Source of the DNA: Eledone cirrhosa
Taxonomy: Eukaryota
DNA length: 64,000 nt
Assembly: GCA_964016885.1 (NCBI GenBank)
Contig: OZ024751.1
Location: 9,734,001 to 9,798,000 of the forward strand
Direction: 5' to 3'
The position numbers and the translations under genes were made by a program. This document shows positions 58,026 through 64,000 of the stretch, piece after piece; position 1 is the first letter of the stretch; each line of letters begins with the position of its first letter. The notes under the pieces were generated by a model, which searched no databases, was not told the DNA's origin, and saw only the letters and a list, made by a program, of their open reading frames with translations.

Positions 58026-58050
58026 GTTAATCTTGATCGGGGGAACGTGA
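54667..58050 (+). CDS. R4/Dong-like polyprotein: Myb-like domain, RT, CCHC knuckle, restriction-like endonuclease (1127 aa)
   Basis: Myb-like RTNWTKELN...YRRRMHNIW. RT motifs WKSPGPDG, YRPITCL, IDYRKAFD, GIFQGDSLSP, FMDD, YKYLG. Knuckle CRIC..ETVAHIVSEC. RLE motifs RHD, RPDLVV, DVACP, EKINRY. The last residues are replaced at the 58025 junction. Confidence 0.95.
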   Translation: METRTSCDRLSPNRCPLAQQQEPDCQPNTADVGGRRRRKGARTNWTKELNRTVMQCYLKSNPKERGYRRRMHNIWNEIGLFKLDEQKLAGQARVIRTNGWISELELEELSRENGLEMAGVVCQTSEPAGNEGEEVLRTEEPPEADNDLNTEINNTWNRDTATEEMNADGLGQDSVDILNLVVDELNNDSGRPMNLRFVDRKKLKETTAKVNKVIPYLEARSLHQCNNILKATANTVRKLLGIKARGNNRQERAEPWWKKRLSGQIGEMRNDIGKLESLLNGTLKNIGTKNRLEIKYKTRSKKLNIIIEELKQRIVAKSAKIRRYENRVSQYKQNRMFDNCQKMLFGQLEGKERGNDLIPGAEQAKTFWRGIWEQDVRHNAQAGWIETVQREIGEQAQQQTDLSITVETLKGQAKKLTNWKSPGPDGVQGYWIKYLTSLHPKLTAMFNDCLVSGEVPEWLTKGTTVLIMKDRIKGNDVTNYRPITCLPVMWKLLTSIVSEEIYHHLHTNNLLPDEQKGCRKKSRGTKDQLLIDKMVMGNCRRRHTDLAMGWIDYRKAFDMVPHSWITKSLEIFRVADNIRQLLGRSMGSWETELTSTGVSLGSVKIKRGIFQGDSLSPLLFVLALMPLTIMLRKVRAGYKLGRGELTINHLLFMDDLKLFGKSEKELDVLVDTVRIFSSDICMQFGIGKCGVIVMRRGRLSRSNGIQMPTGEMIKEIDSEEGYKYLGVLEADGIKNKKMKELLRTEYIRRVRSVLKSHLNSRNAISAVNSRAVSIIRYSAGILRWNVAEQKEMDRKTRKLLTIYNMFHKRSDVDRLYLRRSEGGRGLISIEDCVQMEKNNLYKYVTYSKEPMLRAVLKEGTVGQGISKEEITSRRKSSLKGKSLHSTFFEKTKFRDPQTWNWLRRGDLKKATEGMLMAAQEQALKTKWLKHHIYKEEASPLCRICGEREETVAHIVSECKHLAQTHYKGWRHDVMGKVIHWHLCKVNNLPHSEKWYEHRPEAVMENSQVKVLWDFRIQTDKKLEHNRPDLVVVDKEKRSCLIVDVACPFDTRVQEKEREKINRYQDLKWEVKRIWNCHEVKVIPIVIGALGTISKGFQGWLKKIGPFTLFGTLQKACLLGTLILIGGT

Positions 58051-59587
58051 TAAGAGAGCTTGATCAAGAACAAACTTACAAATATCTAGGTGTTTGTGAA
58101 GGAGACGGAATCAAGCACTCGACAATGAGGGAAAGGATAAGGAAGGAATGTTACCGCAGAGTCAGAGCAATCTTAAGAACGGAATTGAATGCAAGGAATA
58201 GGATCGATGCCATAAACACGCTTGCCATACCAGTAGTAACCTACAGTTACAATGTCATCAACTGGTCAAGCACAGAGATCCGTAGGCTCGATACAAAAAT
58301 CCGAAAATTCTTAACCATGCACAGAATGCATCACCCTAAGGCAGACATAGATAGAATATATCTCCCTAGGAAAGAAGGAGGACGTGGGTTAATCCAGTTA
58401 GACATTGCGTTGAAAACTGCAACAATTGGATTATCCACATATCTAAGGGAATCACATGATTGGATGATCAAACTCGTTTTGAAACACGAAAGCACCAAAA
58501 GATCATATTCCATTACAAAAGATGCACAAAGATACAGTAATGGACTACAAATTTCAGAAGTCCCATTTACTGCTGAAATGGAAAACACAGAAAAAGCAAA
58601 GCAGGTAAAAGTAACTGCAAAGAAAGAACTGCTACAGAAACTGGCTAAGAAATGGCAAGAAAAGCCTCTGTATGGAAAATACCCAGAGCGAGCTAACAAT
58701 CCTGATGTTGACAAAACTTTAACCCATCAGTGGTTGGCATCCTCTGGACTGAAATCGGAGACTGAAGGACTGATTATATCCGCACAAGATCAGTGTCTGC
58801 CAACAAAAAATTACCAAGCCAACATAATAAAAAATGGGTGCAGCCCACTATGCCGTGTATGCAAAAAACAACCAGAGACCATTGACCATATAATTTCAAT
58901 GTGCAGTCCTATAGCTCCAACCGAATACCTAAACAGGCATGACAGAGCTGCACAATACATACATTGGATAATGTGTAAGCATTTTGACCTGCCCCATCAA
59001 AAGAATTGGTGGGAGCATCAACCACCTCCCATACTTGAAAAAGATCACATCTCAATCTTGTGGAACTTTAGCATCCAAACAGACCGAAAAATAGATGCAA
59101 ATAGACCTGATATAATATTGAAGGACTTTCAAAGGAGGGTATGCCTGCTAATTGATATGTCTGTTCCAATAGACAAGAATGTATCTATAAAAACATTTGA
59201 AAAATTGAGCAAGTATAAGGACCTGGAGATAGAAATTGGAAAAATGTGGAAATTGAGAACTAAAACAATACCAGTGGTTGTAGGCGCTCTGGGAATGATA
59301 CCTAAGGGGTCTAACGACTACTTATCGCAAATCCCAGGAAACCCGCGTATAGGAGAAATACAAAAGATAGTACTAATGGGAACTGCCCATATACTAAGGA
59401 AGATCCTGTCAATATAAGTACATCACAAGTCTAAACACTAAGGATGCATGTGTGAATATGTGTGTTCTTTCTTGAACATGGCGGACCTTGTTGTCTCTTG
59501 AGGTCACTGGTTGTGACTTGGTGATAACTCGTATAAACATAAAGCAAGATGAATGCAAATAATAATAATAATAATAATAATAATAAT
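58026..59587 (+). mobile_element. R4/Dong-clade family B, 5'-truncated, with 3' UTR and (AAT)n tail
   Basis: Open frame to 59417: YKYLG, EGGRGL, CRVC..ETIDHIISMC, RHD, RPDIIL, DMSVP, EKLSKY. Clearly divergent from family A. Tail 59558-59587. Confidence 0.93.
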
Positions 59588-59589
59588 TG

Positions 59590-62440
59590 GAACTGTGGTA
59601 CCTTTTGTCAACCACTCTGGCACCTCACCCGACACCAAGCAGTCATTGAACATGGCCGTCAGCTTCGGGTGGAGGGATGTTAAATGTTTAATCCAATACC
59701 CCTGCACACCATCTGGGCCTGGTGGAAGAAGCGACTGAGTGGGCAAATCGGGGAAATGAGAAATGACATAGGAAAGCTTGAGTCACTACTGAATGGGACA
59801 CTAAAAAACATAGGCACTAAAAATAGACTGGAAATAAAATACAAAACTAGGAGGAAAAAGCTAAATATTATCATAGAGGAACTGAAGCAACGCATTGTAG
59901 CAAAGAGTGCAAAAATCAGGCGATACGAGAACAGAGTCAGTCAGTATAAACAGAACCGCATGTTCGACGACAACCAGAAGATGCTGTTTGGACAGCTTGA
60001 GGGGAAAGAAAGAGGCAACGACTTGATCCCTGGGGCGGAGCAAACTAAAACATTCTGGAGAGGAATATGGGAGCAGGATGTTAGACACAATGCCCAGGCA
60101 GGGTGGATTGAGACAGTACAGAGGGAGATCGGTGAGCAGGCACAACAACAAACTGAGTTGAAACTCTTAAGGGGCAGGCCAGAAAACTAACCAACTGGAA
60201 ATCACCAGGCCCAGATGGTGTGCAGGGGTATTGGATTAAACATTTAACATCCCTCCACCCGAAGCTGACGGCCATGTTCAATGACTGCTTGGTGTCGGGT
60301 GAGGTGCCAGAGTGGTTGACAAAAGGTACCACAGTTCTGATAATGAAAGACCGAATCAAGGGTAATGATGTTACCAACTATAGACCTATCACATGTCTGT
60401 CCGTAATGTGGAAACTGTTGACGAGCATTGTGTCTGAGGAAATCTGCCATCACCTCCACACAAACAACTTGTTACCGGACGAACAGAAAGGATGCCGAAA
60501 GAAGTCACGTGGTACAAAGGACCAGTTACTTATTGATAAGATGGTAATGGGGAATTGCAGGAGGAGACACACTGATCTTGCCATGGGATGGATAGACTAC
60601 AGAAAGGCATTTGACATGGTGCCTCATTCCTGGATCACCAAAAGCCTGGAGATCTTCAGGGTGGCGGATAACATCAGACAGTTGCTAGGCAGGAGTATGG
60701 GGTCCTGGGAGACAGAGTTGACATCAACTGGAGTATCCTTGGGAAGCGTGAAGATCAAGAGAGGTATCTTCCAGGGAGATAGCCTGTCCCCTCTGTTGTT
60801 TGTCCTTGCCCTGATGCCCTTGACCATTATGCTGCGAAAAGTGAGAGCAGGATACAAGTTGGGAAGGGGAGAGCTTACCATCAATCACCTCCTCTTCATG
60901 GACGATCTTAAGCTCTTCGGGAAAAGTGAGAAGGAGTTGGATGTGCTTGTTGACACTGTCCGTATTTTCAGCAGTGATATATGTATGCAGTTTGGTATTG
61001 GTAAATGTGGAGTCATTGTGATGAAGAGGGGTAGGTTGAGCAGAAGTAACGGGATCCAGATACCAACAGGTGAGATGATAAAGGAAATTGACTCTGAGGA
61101 AGGATACAAGTATTTGGGCGTTCTGGAGGCTGATGGCATAAAGAACAAAAAAATGAAGGAATTGTTAAGAACTGAATACATTCGGAGAGTAAGGAGCGTA
61201 TTGAAGTCACATCTGAACAGCAGAAATGCCATAAGCGCAGTAAATTCCCGAGCTGTGTCTATTATTAGGTACAGTGCGGGAATTCTGAGATGGAATGTTG
61301 CTGAACAAAAAGAAATGGATAGGAAGACTAGGAAGCTATTGACTATCTACAACATGTTCCACAAGAGGAGTGATGTCGATAGACTCTACCTAAGGAGATC
61401 TGAGGGTGGAAGAGGTCTTATCAGCATAGAGGACTGTGTTCAGATGGAGAAAAACAACCTATACAAATACGTGACCTATAGTAAGGAGCCAATGCTCAGA
61501 ACTGTACTGAAGGAGGGGACAGTAGGCCAGGGGATGTCCAAGGAGGAAATAACATCAAGGAGGAAGAGCAGCCTTAAGGGAAAATCCCTTCATAGTACCT
61601 TCTTTGAGAAAACTGAATTTAGAGATCCACAGACATGGAACTGGTTGAGAAGAGGAGACCTCAAAAAGGCTACAGAAGGAATGCTAATGGCTGCGCAGGA
61701 GCAGGCCCTCAAAACGAAGTGGTTGAAGCACCATATCTACAAGGAGGAGGCTAGCCCACTGTGCAGGATCTGTGGAGAGAGAGAGGAGACTGTGGTTCAC
61801 ATTGTGTCCGAGTGTAAACACCTAGCCCAGACCCACTATAAGGGCTGGAGACACGATGTGATGGGCAGGGTGATCCACTGGCACCTGTGCAAAGTAAACA
61901 ATTTACCACATTCTGAGAAATGGTATGAGCATAGGCCAGAGGCGGTGATGGAGAACAATCAGGTGAAGGTGCTGTGGGATTTTAGGATACAGACGGACAA
62001 AAAACTGGAACACAATAGACCTGACCTGGTGGTTGTGGACAAAGAAAAAAGATCGTGTCTGATTGTGGATGTGGCCTGCCCGTTCGACACGAGAGTGCAA
62101 GAGAAGGAGAGGGAGAAAATTAACCGATACCAGGACCTAAAGTGGGAGGTGAAAAGGATTTGGAACTGCCATGAAGTCAAAGTGATCCCGATTGTCATAG
62201 GCGCACTGGGGACTATCTCCAAAAGTTTCCAGGGATGGTTAAAGAAAATCGGCCCCTTCACGCTTTTTGGAACGCTTCAAAAGGCATGCTTGCTTGGAAC
62301 AGCAAGAACCCTCCGATACGTCCTGAATATCTGAGGCTGCAGGTAGTGGCTTGATATTCAATCCAACGGACTTTCCAGTTAACCAACATCAATGACTGAG
62401 ATTCAAGGAATAACAACAATAATAATAATAATAATAATAA
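59590..62440 (+). mobile_element. Family A copy 2: 5'-truncated, with inverted 5' segment, 3' UTR and (AAT)n tail
   Basis: Near-identical to 55432-58025. A deletion of about 13 nt near 60155 shifts the frame. ORF 60220-62334 ends ...GTARTLRYVLNI*. Confidence 0.95.
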
Positions 62441-63616
62441 TGAACAAAAAGAAATGGATAGGAATAATAATAATAATGAACAAAAAGAAATGGATAGGAA
62501 GACTAGGAAGCTATTGACTATCTACAACATGTTCCACAAGAGGAGTGATGTCGATAGACTCTACCTAAGGAGATCTGAGGGTGAAAGAGGTCTTATCAGC
62601 ATAGAGGACTGTGTTCAGATGGAGAAAAACAACCTATACAAATACGTGACCTATAGTAAGGAGCCAATGCTCAGAACTGTACTGAAGGAGGGGACAGTAG
62701 GCCAGGGGATGTCCAAGGAGGAAATAACATCAAGGAGGAAGAGCAGCCTTAAGGGAAAATCCCTTCATAGTACCTTCTTTGAGAAAACTGAATTTAGAGA
62801 TCCACAGACATGGAACTGGTTGAGAAGAGGAGACCTCAAAAAGGCTACAGAAGGAATGCTAATGGCTGCGCAGGAGCAGGCCCTCAAAACGAAGTGGTTG
62901 AAGCACCATATCTACAAGGAGGAGGCTAGCCCACTTTGCAGGATCTGTGGAGAGAGAGAGGAGACTGTGGCTTACATTGTGTCCGAGTGTAAACACCTAG
63001 CCCAGACCCACTATAAGGGCTGGAGACACGATGTGATGGGCAGGGTGATCCACTGGCACCTGTGCAAAGTAAACAATTTACCACATTCTGAGAAATGGTA
63101 TGAGCATAGGCCAGAGGCGGTGATGGAGAACAATCAGGTGAAGGTGCTGTGGGATTTTAGGATACAGACGGACAAAAAACTGGAACACAATAGACCTGAC
63201 CTGGTGGTTGTGGACAAAGAAAAAAGATCGTGTCTGATTGTGGATGTGGCCTGCCCGTTCGACACGAGAGTGCAAGAGAAGGAGAGGGAGAAAATTAACC
63301 GATACCAGGACCTAAAGTGGGAGGTGAAAAGGATTTGGAACTGCCATGAAGTCAAAGTGATCCCGATTGTCATAGGCGCACTGGGGACTATCTCCAAAAG
63401 TTTCCAGGGATGGTTAAAGAAAATCGGCCCCTTCACGCTTTTTGGAACGCTTCAAAAGGCATGCTTGCTTGGAACAGCAAGAACCCTCCGATACGTCCTG
63501 AATATCTGAGGCTGCAGGTAGTGGCTTGATATTCAATCCAACGGACTTTCCAGTTAACCAACATCAATGACTGAGATTCAAGGAATAACAACAATAATAA
63601 TAATAATAATAATAAT
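62441..63616 (+). mobile_element. Family A copy 3: 5'-truncated, with (AAT)n tail
   Basis: Near-identical to 61302-62440. Confidence 0.95.
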
Positions 63617-64000
63617 AGGGAAGAAGACGCACGAGGTGGCGGAGGTCATGAAATCGCTCCCGTAAGTTTTGAATTTTTAACATATTTAAATCATTTGTGA
63701 AATAACAACTCTTAGTACAAATGCTACGTAAAGCACCCGGCTTGAGCCCCAAACAATTCGGACCCAAAATATATTGTTATAAGGCTCAAATATTCAAATA
63801 TTCAACTTTGTATTGTACACTGTATATCCAAAAAAGAAAATGGCTATAAATGGAAGAAGAACCCCCCCCCTCCTCTCCTCTGTCTACACTATATAGAACA
63901 GCCAAACTCACCAACACCAGAAACTAGATACACCACCCACCCCATCACCTGTGTACACTAAACACAACAGCCAGATAACGGCATTTTCACCACCACCGCT
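63617..64000 (+). mobile_element. 5' end of another family A copy, running off the window
   Basis: AGGGAAGAAGACGCACGAGG... matches 53285-53660 with a few substitutions and indels. Confidence 0.8.

Noticed and set aside
54697-63436. Minus-strand ORFs within the Dong copies, and plus-strand ORFs within Tx1
   Set aside because: They are antisense shadows of the retroelement ORFs.

Overview
AT-rich, microsatellite-dense eukaryotic DNA with no supportable host gene. The SINE and repeat landscape is most like a cephalopod (octopus-type) genome, which is an inference. The window is essentially a retroelement ecosystem built on simple repeats. (1) 0.2-10.6 kb: a full-length but decayed Tx1/L1-clade LINE on the minus strand, in a head-to-tail train with tRNA-derived SINEs. 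LINE and SINEs share a 3' hairpin and an (ATT)n tail. (2) Many Penelope-like (PLE) fragments, with GIY-YIG or RT remnants, 5' fold-back inversions and type-I hammerhead ribozymes. At least two distinct hammerheads look complete, one of them present as an inverted pair. (3) Two minisatellite arrays (27 bp at 30.9-33.0 kb, 26 bp at 41.0-46.8 kb) share a palindromic core. (4) 53.3-64 kb: a young head-to-tail array of R4/Dong-clade non-LTR retrotransposons (Myb-RT-CCHC-RLE) nested in an (AAT)n tract of an old PLE. It includes a two-family chimera, a fold-back 5' inversion, a stuttered 5' junction, a covarying 3' hairpin and a candidate HDV-topology pseudoknot before the start codon. CRE and RTE 3' fragments and mariner-type MITEs are also present. 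Most ORFs in the supplied track are artefacts of simple repeats or antisense frames.
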